A stretch of 64,000 nucleotides of DNA from Anaeromyxobacteraceae bacterium (GTDB lineage Bacteria > Myxococcota > Myxococcia > Myxococcales > Anaeromyxobacteraceae): the NCBI GenBank assembly GCA_032654565.1, contig JAULAX010000017.1:64001-128000 (forward strand). Reading direction: 5' to 3'. This document shows positions 29,624 through 39,090 of the stretch, in pieces (positions within the stretch are counted from its first letter, which is position 1; the number at the start of each line of letters is the position of its first letter). Below the pieces are notes generated by a model. That model was not told the origin of the DNA. It was given only the letters and a program-made list of their open reading frames with translations, and did no database searches. A program made the translations under genes and the position numbers.

Positions 29624-31264
29624 TCACCGCCCCGCGTCCTCGTCGACCGGGGCCGGCGCGGGGAGGCGGAGGGCGACCCGGGTGCCCCGGCCCGGCTCGC
29701 TGTGGACCTCGAGCCGGCCGCCGTGGCGCAGGGCGATGGCGTGGGCCTGGGCCAGGCCGAGGCCGGCGCCGGCGGTGGCGGTGAAGTCCGGCTCGAAGAC
29801 CCGGGCCAGCCGCTCGGCCGAGAGCGACGGCCCCGAGTCGGTCACGGCGATCTCCACCTCGCGCCCGTCGGCCGCCGGGCCGGTCTCCACCGTCAGCTGC
29901 CCGCCCGCCGGCATGGCTCCGCAGGCCCGCAGCAGGGCGTCGAGCACCGCCCGGCGCAGCAGCCCCCGGTCGGCCAGCACCGTCGGGCTGGGGACGGCGC
30001 GCCGCTGCACCGCGACGCCCTGCAGCCGCGCCTCGCCGGCCGCCAGCTCCAGGGCCTCGTCGACCACGGCGTCGATGCCCAGCGGCTGGGCCGAGAACGG
30101 GTGATCGTGCGAGAAGTCGAGCAGCCGGACCACCACCTCGCCGGCCCGCTCCGCCTCGCGCTCCACCAGCCGGAGGTCGTGCAGCAGCCGGCCCCGCTCG
30201 GCGTCGGTGAGCGGCCCGGCCTCCAGGGTCCGGGCCCCGTTGCGGGCCATGGTGAGCATCCCGGAGAGCGGGCTCCCCAGCCGGTGGCCGATGGCCGCCG
30301 AGAGGCGCCCCAGCGCCGCCAGGGTCTCCCCCCGGGCCAGCTGCTCCCGGGTCTCCACCAGCGCCCGGGTGCGGGACTCCACCTGCTGCTCCAGCTGCTG
30401 GTTGAGGGCGTCGAGCTCGGCGCGGGTGGTTCGCAGGGAGCGGACCATCTCGCCGAAGGAGGAGGCCAGCAGCCCCAGCTCGCCGCCGAAGTCGGGCGAG
30501 GCCGGCTGCTCCAGGTCCTGCCCGGCGACCCGGCGGGTGGCCGCCACCAGCGCCGCCACCGGCTGGACCAGGCGGCGGCGCGTCAGCCACCAGAAGGCCA
30601 GGCCGAGGCCGGCCGCCACCACCGCCGCCACCGAGAGCGAGCTCCAGCGGAAGGCGGCCAGCCGGGCGTCGGCGACGGCCAGCGAGCGGTCGACGGCCAG
30701 CAGCCCGAGGACCCGGGAGGCGTTGGGGTGGACGTGGCACCCGGCCGCGGCGCAGGCCGGCTGGTTGAGGATGGGGGTCACCAGCTGCAGCACCCGCGGG
30801 CCGCCGCCGGCCTCGATGCGCTGCCGCCCCTCCAGCCCCTCGGCGCGGGCCGAGCCGGCGGTGTGGCAGACCACGCACTGCGGGCCGCGGGGATCGAGCG
30901 TGCGCCCGGCCTCGGCCGGATCGGTGGAGAAGGCCACCCGGCCGCCGTGGTCGAGGAGCCGGATCCGGTCGACGCCGGGCTGCCGCCCGACGTCCTCGAG
31001 GATCCGGTAGGCGTCGTCGCGCCGGTCGAGCAGCATGGCCCGGTGGATGGCGTTGGCCACCGTCTGCGCCAGCAGGTCCGACTCCTCGGCGGCCCGCTGC
31101 ACGGCGAAGCGCTCGAAGCGCAGCTCGGCGACGAAGAAGGCGGCCACGATCACCAGGCCGGCCACGGTGGTGTAGAGCAGCAGCCGGGAGGAGAGCCGGT
31201 CGCGCCAGCGGAGCTCGTAGCCGAGATCGGGTGGAGGCAGGTCGGGCGTTTCGGTGGTCGCCAT
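29624..31264 (-). CDS. HAMP sensor histidine kinase-like protein with heme c motifs and degenerate kinase core
   Basis: CVVCH and CAAAGCH; H-box GHRLGSP; N-box replaced by LDALLRA; G2 AGAGLGL. Confidence 0.85.
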   Translation of the reverse strand: MATTETPDLPPPDLGYELRWRDRLSSRLLLYTTVAGLVIVAAFFVAELRFERFAVQRAAEESDLLAQTVANAIHRAMLLDRRDDAYRILEDVGRQPGVDRIRLLDHGGRVAFSTDPAEAGRTLDPRGPQCVVCHTAGSARAEGLEGRQRIEAGGGPRVLQLVTPILNQPACAAAGCHVHPNASRVLGLLAVDRSLAVADARLAAFRWSSLSVAAVVAAGLGLAFWWLTRRRLVQPVAALVAATRRVAGQDLEQPASPDFGGELGLLASSFGEMVRSLRTTRAELDALNQQLEQQVESRTRALVETREQLARGETLAALGRLSAAIGHRLGSPLSGMLTMARNGARTLEAGPLTDAERGRLLHDLRLVEREAERAGEVVVRLLDFSHDHPFSAQPLGIDAVVDEALELAAGEARLQGVAVQRRAVPSPTVLADRGLLRRAVLDALLRACGAMPAGGQLTVETGPAADGREVEIAVTDSGPSLSAERLARVFEPDFTATAGAGLGLAQAHAIALRHGGRLEVHSEPGRGTRVALRLPAPAPVDEDAGR

Positions 31265-31496
31265 TCGGCCCCTCCCCAGGAAGCGTGATCGCAGGATTCA
31301 TCATCGTTCACTTTCTCCACACCGGGCCCGACCGGACCTTGCGTCACGTTGGCGCACGCGCGTTCCCGCCACGCCTCCGGAAGGGCCGTGGCGGCGCGGC
31401 GCGGGGCCGGTGACGCCGGCGCCGCGTGGCCAGGCCGGACGCCGGTTTGCTTGACGACCCGCGATCGCGGAGGTTCACTCCCGGGAGGGAGATTCG

Positions 31497-33182
31497 ATGG
31501 CGCAGCCGACCCCGCCGCGAGGCGGCACCCCGCAGGAGTCCGAGCACGCCGCGCCCCTGGCCACCTCCGGCCCCGGCACGGTGGCCATGCAGTTCGTCTC
31601 GGCGCTCTCCAAGGCGGCCCGCTCCTTCACCCTCTACGATCCAAGCAACAGCGTGGTCCGCCAGTTCCTCGCCGACTACCAGGCCCGCGCCGTGGCCGCC
31701 ACCGCCGGCGTCGAGCTGGTGCTCGACGTCCACCCCTTCGAGCTGCTGCGCGACGGCGAGGTGGTCTACCGCGAGGAGGACCGGGAGCGGTCGCTGGCCT
31801 TCCGGCTCTTCAGGGACGGGGTGCGCCGCCTCACCTTCCGGTCCGGCGTCCCCTGGGGCGAGCTGCTCACCTTCCTGGAGATCCTCGCCGTCCGCTACGT
31901 GGGCGTCCGCCAGCAGGAGGAGGACGTCATCACCCTGTTCCGCAAGGCGGAGTTCCAGGGGATCGGCTTCTCCGCCGTCGAGGGGTTCGCCCCGGAGGAG
32001 GACAACCCGGAGCCGGAGCGGGCCCGCCGCACCCGCGGGCAGGGGACCCGGGCGCCGGCCGGCTTCGACGCCCCGTTCCCGCTGCTCCCGCCCCCCGGGC
32101 CGCTGGCCTGGCGGGAGATCCCGGCCGAGGCGCTGGACTCGCTCCGCGCCAGCGAGGGGACGGCGGTGCTGGCGGCCGACGCCGTCCGGCTGGCCGGCCA
32201 GCTGCTGGCCGAGGCCGGCCGGGGGGCGGTCTCGTCGCGGGAGCTGCTGCTCTTCCTGGTCGAGCTCCGCGACTACTTCATCGCCGACGCGGCGCTGGCG
32301 CCGCTGGCTTCGCTCGCCGAGCTGGTGGGGCGCACCCCGCCCGGCGAGCTGCGCGACGACCTGGCGCGGGCCCTCGGGGATCCCCGGCTGCTCGACGCCG
32401 TGCTGGCGGCGGTGCCGGCCGGCAGCACCCAGCTGCCGCCCGAGGCCCTGCGGCTGGTGCCCCTGGTCCCCGCCCAGGCGGCCCTCGACCTGCTGGCCTC
32501 CGAGCCCGACGAGGGGCGTCGCCAGGTGCTCGGCCTGATCGCCGAGGCCCGGCTCCCCGCCGACGCCGCCGCCATCATCGAGCGGCTCCCCGGCCTCGAC
32601 GCCAGGGTGGCGCGGGTGCTGGTCCACGCCATCGGGGCCAAGGCGCCCGGCTTCGCGGCCCAGGCGGCCGCGGCCCTGCTCGATCACCCCGACGAGCACC
32701 TGCAGGTGGCGGCGCTGCACGCCCTGGAGGCGGCCGGCGGCGAGGTGCCGGTGGCGCGGCTGCTGCGGCTCCTCCACGCGCCGCGCGAATCGGTCCGCAT
32801 CGGCGTCGCCCTGGTGCTGGCGCGCAGCGGCAAGTCGGCCGCCTTCCAGCCCATCCAGGAGGCGCTGGTCGGCCGCAAGGACTGCACCATCGCCGAGGCC
32901 GACGCGCTCGGCTCGGCGCTGGCCCGGCTCGACCCGCGGCGGGCCGCGCCGCTCTTCGCCGAGTGGCTCACGCCCCGCCGCGGCCTGTTCAAGGCCCTGA
33001 CGGCGTCGAAGCAGGAGGAGGCGCTGCGCCTGGCCGCCGCCTCCGGCCTGGCCGCCCACCCCGCCGCGGAGGCCCTGGCCCAGCTCGAGGCGCTGGCCAG
33101 GGGGGGCGACGACGAGGACTTCCGGCGCCACTGCCTGGCCATGCTGGCCCGGCGTCGCCACCAGGGAGCCCGCCATGGATGA
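31497..33182 (+). CDS. HEAT-repeat/helical protein
   Basis: N-terminal LSKAARSFTLY..LAFRLFRDGVRRLTF; Leu/Ala-rich helical repeats. Confidence 0.7.
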   Translation: MAQPTPPRGGTPQESEHAAPLATSGPGTVAMQFVSALSKAARSFTLYDPSNSVVRQFLADYQARAVAATAGVELVLDVHPFELLRDGEVVYREEDRERSLAFRLFRDGVRRLTFRSGVPWGELLTFLEILAVRYVGVRQQEEDVITLFRKAEFQGIGFSAVEGFAPEEDNPEPERARRTRGQGTRAPAGFDAPFPLLPPPGPLAWREIPAEALDSLRASEGTAVLAADAVRLAGQLLAEAGRGAVSSRELLLFLVELRDYFIADAALAPLASLAELVGRTPPGELRDDLARALGDPRLLDAVLAAVPAGSTQLPPEALRLVPLVPAQAALDLLASEPDEGRRQVLGLIAEARLPADAAAIIERLPGLDARVARVLVHAIGAKAPGFAAQAAAALLDHPDEHLQVAALHALEAAGGEVPVARLLRLLHAPRESVRIGVALVLARSGKSAAFQPIQEALVGRKDCTIAEADALGSALARLDPRRAAPLFAEWLTPRRGLFKALTASKQEEALRLAAASGLAAHPAAEALAQLEALARGGDDEDFRRHCLAMLARRRHQGARHG

Positions 33183-34521
33183 GCTGGCCAGGGCACAGAC
33201 CAGCCTCGGCCGCGCCCTCGGCCGGGCCCGCGCCGGCGAGGACCGGGAGCTGGCCCAGAAGGTCCGCGAGGCGGGCGAGCACCTGGTGCAGCTGCTGGCC
33301 GGCCTGCTCAAGCTGACCCGGGTCCACAGCCCCGACAACCACGCCTTCGACACCCCGGTGGCCGAGCTGGAGCGGGTGCTGCAGGCGCTGGGCGAGTCGC
33401 TGGGCACCGTCAACCTGGTGACGGTCGAGGACCAGGTCTACCTCAACGACATCCGCGTCCGCACCGACAGCAAGCCGGGGGCCGGCGGGCTGGGCGCCGA
33501 GCTGAAGCGCCACAACACCGGCGGCCTGGTCTTCCACACCCCGCTCAGCGGGCCGCAGATCCGCCTGCTCATCAAGGGGCTCTCCGGGCCACCCGCCGCC
33601 GAGTGGCCGCGCGGCACGCTCGGCCAGTGGCTGGTCGACCAGGAGCTCGACGCCGTGGACCTGCACGGCATCTTCCGGTTCCAGGCGGTCCGCTCCGACC
33701 AGGCGGCGCCGGCGCGGGCCCCGGAGGAGGTGCTCGGCCTGATGCTCGACCTCGCCAGCGAGAGCTGGGACCACCTCGCCGCCGGGCGGGTGCTCAACCC
33801 GCTGCCGCTGCGGCGCGCCGTGGTCGAGGCCATCGAGTCCGGGATCGAGGCGCCGGCCTTCTGGATCGGCTTCCCCGACTGCCCGCCCCACGCCGCCCAC
33901 GCCGTCGAGGTGGCCATGGTGGCGTTGCTGATCGGCAAGGTGGCCGGCTTCCCCTCCGGCGTGCTCCAGGATCTCGGCATCGCCGGGCTGGTCCACGACG
34001 TCGGCTACCTGGCGCCCCACGTCGGGGAGGGGGCGGCGGCGCTGCTCCGCCACCCCATCGAGGGGGCGCGGCTGGTGCTGCGGCAGCGGGGCTTCTCCGA
34101 GGCCAAGCTGCGGCGGCTGCGCGGCGTGCTCGAGCACCACCGCGACCACGCCGATCCCGCCGGGTCGCCGTCGGCGGTGGGGGCGGCGCTGCGGCTGGCC
34201 GAGGACTACGCCAACGTCCACCGGCTCTACGGCTCCAAGGTGACCCGCCCCGACGCCCTCGGGGCCATGCTCAAGGCCGGCGGGCGGCTCTACCACCCCG
34301 GGCTGGTCCAGGCGCTGGTCAACGGGCTGGGCCGGTACCCGCCCGGCACGCTGGTGGAGCTGGCCGACGGCGGCTTCGGGCGGGTGGCCACGCCGGCCCG
34401 CGGCCAGGACCTCTGGGAGAAGCCGCTGGTGAAGCGGCTCGACCCGAGGACCCGGCTGGCGACCGGACCGATGGTCGATACGGCGCGAGACGGCGCCGTC
34501 CGGCGCGTCCTGCCCGGCTGA
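33175..34521 (+). CDS. HD-GYP-like protein (degenerate)
   Basis: GLVHDVG, HPIEG, EHH, GRYPPGTLVEL; canonical GYP loop and second Asp motif altered. Confidence 0.7.
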   Translation: MDELARAQTSLGRALGRARAGEDRELAQKVREAGEHLVQLLAGLLKLTRVHSPDNHAFDTPVAELERVLQALGESLGTVNLVTVEDQVYLNDIRVRTDSKPGAGGLGAELKRHNTGGLVFHTPLSGPQIRLLIKGLSGPPAAEWPRGTLGQWLVDQELDAVDLHGIFRFQAVRSDQAAPARAPEEVLGLMLDLASESWDHLAAGRVLNPLPLRRAVVEAIESGIEAPAFWIGFPDCPPHAAHAVEVAMVALLIGKVAGFPSGVLQDLGIAGLVHDVGYLAPHVGEGAAALLRHPIEGARLVLRQRGFSEAKLRRLRGVLEHHRDHADPAGSPSAVGAALRLAEDYANVHRLYGSKVTRPDALGAMLKAGGRLYHPGLVQALVNGLGRYPPGTLVELADGGFGRVATPARGQDLWEKPLVKRLDPRTRLATGPMVDTARDGAVRRVLPG

Positions 34522-34620
34522 GCCGCGCCCCGCCGCCCGCTCCCGCGCAACCGGTGCGCCCGGCGCCCCCGGCGCGCAGGTTTCGCGACGACAGGGGCCC
34601 GACATCACAGGAGAATATGA

Positions 34621-34636
34621 CGGCACGCGGCGTGCT
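34621..34636 (+). promoter_or_regulatory. Candidate sigma54 promoter
   Basis: CGGCACGCGGCGTGCT (GG-N10-GC) just upstream of ATG 34650. Confidence 0.4.
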
Positions 34637-34649
34637 TGGGCATGGCTCG

Positions 34650-34958
34650 ATGGTCCAGTTCGAATCCGAGGCCCGCGACTTCCTGCTCAAGCGCCGCCAC
34701 CGGCTGCGCCGGCAGTCGGACGCCGCGGGCGCCACCGCCGGGAGCTACTGGTTCGACACCGAGGCGCTCCCCGTACCGGACGACGAGGAGGCCCGGCGCG
34801 AGCTGGCCCGGATCGACGCGGCGCTGCAGCGGATCGAGCAGGGCTCCTACGGCACCTGCCAGGCCTGCGGCGGCCCCATGGGGCTGCAGCGGATGCGGGC
34901 CATCCCCGAGGCGCGCTACTGCGTCGGCTGCAGCGGCCAGGTGCCCGAGGTCGAGTAG
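34650..34958 (+). CDS. TraR/DksA C4 zinc-finger protein (alternative start 34617)
   Basis: IDAALQRIEQGSYGTCQACG..RMRAIPEARYCVGC. Confidence 0.85.
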   Translation: MVQFESEARDFLLKRRHRLRRQSDAAGATAGSYWFDTEALPVPDDEEARRELARIDAALQRIEQGSYGTCQACGGPMGLQRMRAIPEARYCVGCSGQVPEVE

Positions 34959-34994
34959 CGCCGGGGGCGGGCCCCTGCTATCACCGGCTCGCTC

Positions 34995-35684
34995 GTGCCT
35001 CCCACGCCCTCCACCGCCGCGCCGGTCCTCGCCTATCCGCTCGGCGACGCCCTCTACCTCAACGTCACCAGCGGCTGCACGCTGGCGTGCGTCTTCTGCC
35101 CCAAGATCAGCGACGACGACTGGGAGGTGGGCGGCTTCGACCTGCGGCTCAAGGCGAATCCGCAGGTGGAGGCGATCTGGGCGGCGGCCCTGGCCGCCGG
35201 GCTGGAGGGGCGGAGCGAGGTGGTCTTCACCGGCTTCGGCGAGGCGACGCGGCGGCTCGAGGTGGTGCTGGAGCTGATCCGGCGGCTCAAGGCTGCCGGG
35301 GTGGGGCGGGTCCGGCTCGACACCGACGGGCTGGCCAGCCTGCGCGAGGGGCGCGACGTGGTGCCGGAGCTGGCCGCCGCCGGCCTCGACGCCGTCTCGG
35401 TCTCGCTCAACGCCGCCGACGCCACCACCTACGCCCGGCTCTGCCCCAGCGCCTACGGCGAGGCGGCCTTCCCGGCGGTGAAGGCCTTCATCGGCTCGGC
35501 GGTGGCCCGCCTCGGTGAGGTGACGGCCAGCGTGGTGGGCGTGGACGGCCTCTCCGAGTCCGCCTGCCGGGACCTGGCCGAGGGGCTGGGGGCCCGCTTC
35601 AAGTGGCGGCCTTTCGGGCGGATCGGTCGGCTCCCACCCTCCCAGTCCGGGGGGGCTCCTGGTCCAGGCCGCGCAAATTCCTGA
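34995..35684 (+). CDS. Radical SAM protein (TatD-associated type)
   Basis: LYLNVT..CTLACVFC, EVVFTGFGE, SVSLNA. Confidence 0.85.
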   Translation: MPPTPSTAAPVLAYPLGDALYLNVTSGCTLACVFCPKISDDDWEVGGFDLRLKANPQVEAIWAAALAAGLEGRSEVVFTGFGEATRRLEVVLELIRRLKAAGVGRVRLDTDGLASLREGRDVVPELAAAGLDAVSVSLNAADATTYARLCPSAYGEAAFPAVKAFIGSAVARLGEVTASVVGVDGLSESACRDLAEGLGARFKWRPFGRIGRLPPSQSGGAPGPGRANS

Positions 35685-35790
35685 CACCCTGCGGCGGCCG
35701 AGATGCGCGGCCGCGCTGGATCTTTTCGTCCGGAAGGGGCATAGAACCGTCCATCACGCAGGCTTTGCGCTCTGAAGGCGGTGAGGTGGC

Positions 35791-37221
35791 ATGACCACGC
35801 CCAGCCAGGGGACGAGGGTGTCGAAGGAACGGATCCTGGTCGTCGACGACGAGCAGAACGCCCGGGTCGCGCTCCGCACCATGCTGGCGGAGGAGGGGTA
35901 CGAGGTCCTCGAGGCGGCGGACGGCGAGGAGGCGCTCTCGCTGCTGCCCGGCTTCGGACCGGCGGTGGTGCTGGCCGACGTGCGCATGCCGCGGCTCGAC
36001 GGCATCACCCTGCTCAAGCGGGCCCGCGCCCAGGGCTCCGACGCGGTCTTCGTCATGATGACGGCCTACGCCTCGGTGGAGGCGGCGGTGGGGGCGATGC
36101 GGGCCGGCGCCGAGAACTACCTGACCAAGCCGCTGGACTTCAACGCCGTGCAGGTGGTGCTGGTCAAGGCGCTGGAGAAGCTCAAGCTGCAGCGCGACGC
36201 CGAGAACCTGCGCGAGCGGGTGCGCGACCGCTACAGCTTCCACGCCATCGTCGGCGAGGCCCCCGAACTGCAGGCGGTCTTCGACGTGGTGAAGCGGGCG
36301 GCGCCCACCCGGGCCACCGTGCTGATCCTCGGCGAGTCGGGCACCGGCAAGGAGCTGGTGGCCCAGGCGCTCCACGAGGAGTCGCCGCGCGCCAGCAAGC
36401 CCTTCATCAAGGTCAACTGCGCCGCGCTCTCCGAGACCCTGCTGGAGTCGGAGCTCTTCGGCCACGAGAAGGGGGCCTTCACCGGCGCCATCGGGCTCAA
36501 GGAGGGGCGCTTCGAGCTGGCCGACGGCGGGACGCTCTTCCTCGACGAGATCGGCGAGGTCTCCCCGGCCTTGCAGGTGAAGCTGCTGCGGGTGCTGCAG
36601 CAGCGCGAGTTCGAGCGGGTGGGCGGCACCCGCACCCTCAAGGTGGACGTGCGGCTGGTGGCGGCCACCAACCGCGACCTCGCCGAGCTGGTCAAGACCG
36701 GGAGGTTCCGCGAGGACCTCTTCTACCGGCTCAACGTGGTGGCGGTGACCCTGCCGCCGCTGCGGGACCGCAAGGGGGACATCCCCATGCTGGTCACGCA
36801 CTTCATCGCCAAGTACTCCAAGGCCTACGCCAAGGAGATCAAGGCGCTGGCCCCGGGGACCCTCAACGCCCTGCTGTCGCACGACTGGCCCGGCAACGTC
36901 CGCGAGCTGGAGAACGTGGTGGAGCGGGCGGTGGTGCTCTGCAAGGGGAACGAGCTGAACGGCGACGACCTGCCGCCGACGCTGCGGGGGCTGCGGCCGC
37001 GCAGCGATCGCTCGCCGGGCGCCCTCATCCCCGGCGCCACGCTCTACGACATCGAGCGCGAGGCCATCGTCCGCACCCTGGAGATGGTGGGCGGCTCGAC
37101 CTCGCGGGCCGCCGAGATCCTCGGCATCAGCGTCCGCAAGATCCAGTACCGCCAGAAGGAGTACAAGGAGCGGGAGGAGGGGCGCTTCGTGCCGCCCCCC
37201 GAGGGCGACGAGGAGGGGTGA
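35791..37221 (+). CDS. Sigma54-dependent response regulator
   Basis: [31 protein letters not shown]. Confidence 0.95.
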   Translation: MTTPSQGTRVSKERILVVDDEQNARVALRTMLAEEGYEVLEAADGEEALSLLPGFGPAVVLADVRMPRLDGITLLKRARAQGSDAVFVMMTAYASVEAAVGAMRAGAENYLTKPLDFNAVQVVLVKALEKLKLQRDAENLRERVRDRYSFHAIVGEAPELQAVFDVVKRAAPTRATVLILGESGTGKELVAQALHEESPRASKPFIKVNCAALSETLLESELFGHEKGAFTGAIGLKEGRFELADGGTLFLDEIGEVSPALQVKLLRVLQQREFERVGGTRTLKVDVRLVAATNRDLAELVKTGRFREDLFYRLNVVAVTLPPLRDRKGDIPMLVTHFIAKYSKAYAKEIKALAPGTLNALLSHDWPGNVRELENVVERAVVLCKGNELNGDDLPPTLRGLRPRSDRSPGALIPGATLYDIEREAIVRTLEMVGGSTSRAAEILGISVRKIQYRQKEYKEREEGRFVPPPEGDEEG

Positions 37222-37236
37222 GGCCGGGCCCGGCGC

Positions 37237-38370
37237 TCAGTCGAGCCGCGGCAGCCGCAGCAGGAAGCGGGCCCCGCCCCCCGGGGCCGCCTCCACCGAG
37301 ACCGTCCCGCCGTGCTGCGAGACGATGGCGTGGACGATGGAGAGCCCCAGCCCCGAGCCCTTGGCCTTGGTGGTGAAGAAGGGCTCGAAGATCCGGTCGC
37401 GGGCCGCTGGCGGCACCCCCGGCCCGGAGTCCTCGATGGTCACCACGGCGCTGGGGCCGCGCTCGCCCCGGGCCGGATCGGGCGCCTCGGCGGCGCAGCG
37501 CACCCAGACCCGGCCGCCCTCCGGGGTCGCCTCCAGCGCGTTGAGCGCCAGGTTGACCAGCACCTGGCGGAGCCGCTCCTCCTCGCCGGCCACCCGGGTG
37601 CTCCCCGGCTCCGGGGAGAGCGCCCGCTCCAGGTGGATGGAGCGGCGCTCCGCCTCGCCGTCGATCAGGTCGAGCACCCGCGAGACCACCTGGCACAGGT
37701 CGACCGGGTGAGGCACGAAGACCCGGGGCCGGGCGAACTGCAGGAAGTCCTCGAGGATGTGGTCGAGCCGACGGATCTCATCCTTCACCAGCAGCAGCGG
37801 CTCGAGCAGCGGCCCGGGCAGGTCGCCGCCCAGCCGGCTGACCCGCCGCTCCAGCACGGTGAGCTGCAGCAGGGCGGCGTTGAGCGGGTTGCGGATCTCG
37901 TGGGAGAGGCCGGCGGTCATGGTGCCGACCGCGGCCAGCTTCTCCGCCATCTGCGCCTTGTGGGCCAGCGCCAGCTTCTCGCCGTGGAGCCGCACCTGGC
38001 GCATGGCCTGCTCCACCGTCACCAGCAGCTCCTGGGTGGCGCAGGGCTTCACCAGGTAGGCGCAGGCGCCGGCGCGCACCGCCGCCACCGCCGACTCCAG
38101 GGTGGCGAAGCCGGTCAGCAGCACCACCTCGCCGGCCGGGCTCAGGTCCTTGAGCCGGGGGGCGAGCGCCGTGCCGTCGCCGTCGGGGAGCTTCAGGTCC
38201 ACCAGCGCCACGTCGAACCCCTCGGCGGCCAGCGGCAGCGCGGCGGCGCAGGAGCCGGCGGCGCGGACCGCGTAGCCGGCCTCCTCGAGGATCTCGGCGA
38301 GGTTCTCCACCAGCGGACGGTTGTCGTCGACCAGCAGGATGCGCGGGCGGCGCGGCGCGGGCTCGATCAC
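37237..38370 (-). CDS. REC-histidine kinase hybrid (cytoplasmic)
   Basis: ILLVDD..DLKLPD; SHEIRNP, NLALNA, GSGLGL. Confidence 0.9.
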   Translation of the reverse strand: MIEPAPRRPRILLVDDNRPLVENLAEILEEAGYAVRAAGSCAAALPLAAEGFDVALVDLKLPDGDGTALAPRLKDLSPAGEVVLLTGFATLESAVAAVRAGACAYLVKPCATQELLVTVEQAMRQVRLHGEKLALAHKAQMAEKLAAVGTMTAGLSHEIRNPLNAALLQLTVLERRVSRLGGDLPGPLLEPLLLVKDEIRRLDHILEDFLQFARPRVFVPHPVDLCQVVSRVLDLIDGEAERRSIHLERALSPEPGSTRVAGEEERLRQVLVNLALNALEATPEGGRVWVRCAAEAPDPARGERGPSAVVTIEDSGPGVPPAARDRIFEPFFTTKAKGSGLGLSIVHAIVSQHGGTVSVEAAPGGGARFLLRLPRLD

Positions 38371-39077
38371 GCCGGCCCCCCGGGCTGGGAGGCGTGGAGC
38401 CGCGCCACCGCCGCCAGCAGCGCCGCGGTGTCGAAGGGCTTGTGGAAGCGGGGTGGCCCGTCCGGCGCCGGGTCGGCGTACACGCCGGTCATGATCAGCA
38501 TGGGCAGGCCGGGGAACCTCTCTGCCAGCCGGCGCATGGCCTCGCCGTCGGGCCCGCCTGGCACCCGCAGGTCGACCAGCGCGCAGCACGGGCGCACCGG
38601 GCCGAGCCGCTCGGTCTCCAGCACCGAGGCGGCGGTGACGGCGGCGAACCCGCGGCCCCGCAAGGCCTCGCAGAGGTTGTCGGAGAGCCGCCGGTCGTCC
38701 TCGATGACCGCCACCAGCCCGTCGCGGCGGGCCGTCGCCAGCAGCTCCAGCAGGGCGGCGATGGGCACCGGCTTGCCCAGCACCGCCAGCAGCCCCTCGC
38801 GGCGGGCCGCCTCCAGGGCGTCGTCGGCGACGTGGGCGGTGACCACCAGCGCCGCCAGCCCGGGATCCCGCCGGCGCACCTCGTGGACCACCTCGGCGCC
38901 GCCCATCCCCGGCATCCGCATGTCGGTGACCAGGGCGTGGTAGCGGACCCGCTCCACCAGCCGGAGCGCCTCGGCGCCGCCGCCGGCCAGGTCCACCTCG
39001 TCGCCCCGGTCGCGGAGGATCTCGGCCAGGTTCTCGGCGAACTGGCGGTTGTCGTCGACGAGCAGGTAGCGGCGCAT
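38367..39077 (-). CDS. Response regulator with tandem REC domains
   Basis: LLVDD..DMRMP and VIEDD..DLRVP..KP. Confidence 0.85.
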   Translation of the reverse strand: MRRYLLVDDNRQFAENLAEILRDRGDEVDLAGGGAEALRLVERVRYHALVTDMRMPGMGGAEVVHEVRRRDPGLAALVVTAHVADDALEAARREGLLAVLGKPVPIAALLELLATARRDGLVAVIEDDRRLSDNLCEALRGRGFAAVTAASVLETERLGPVRPCCALVDLRVPGGPDGEAMRRLAERFPGLPMLIMTGVYADPAPDGPPRFHKPFDTAALLAAVARLHASQPGGPA

Positions 39078-39090
39078 GGGGGCGGGACGC

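Noticed and set aside
31435..31451. Sigma54 promoter before the HEAT-repeat gene (CCGGACGCCGGTTTGCT)
   Set aside because: GG-N10-GC spacing fits but the -24 element is poor; could arise by chance in GC-rich DNA
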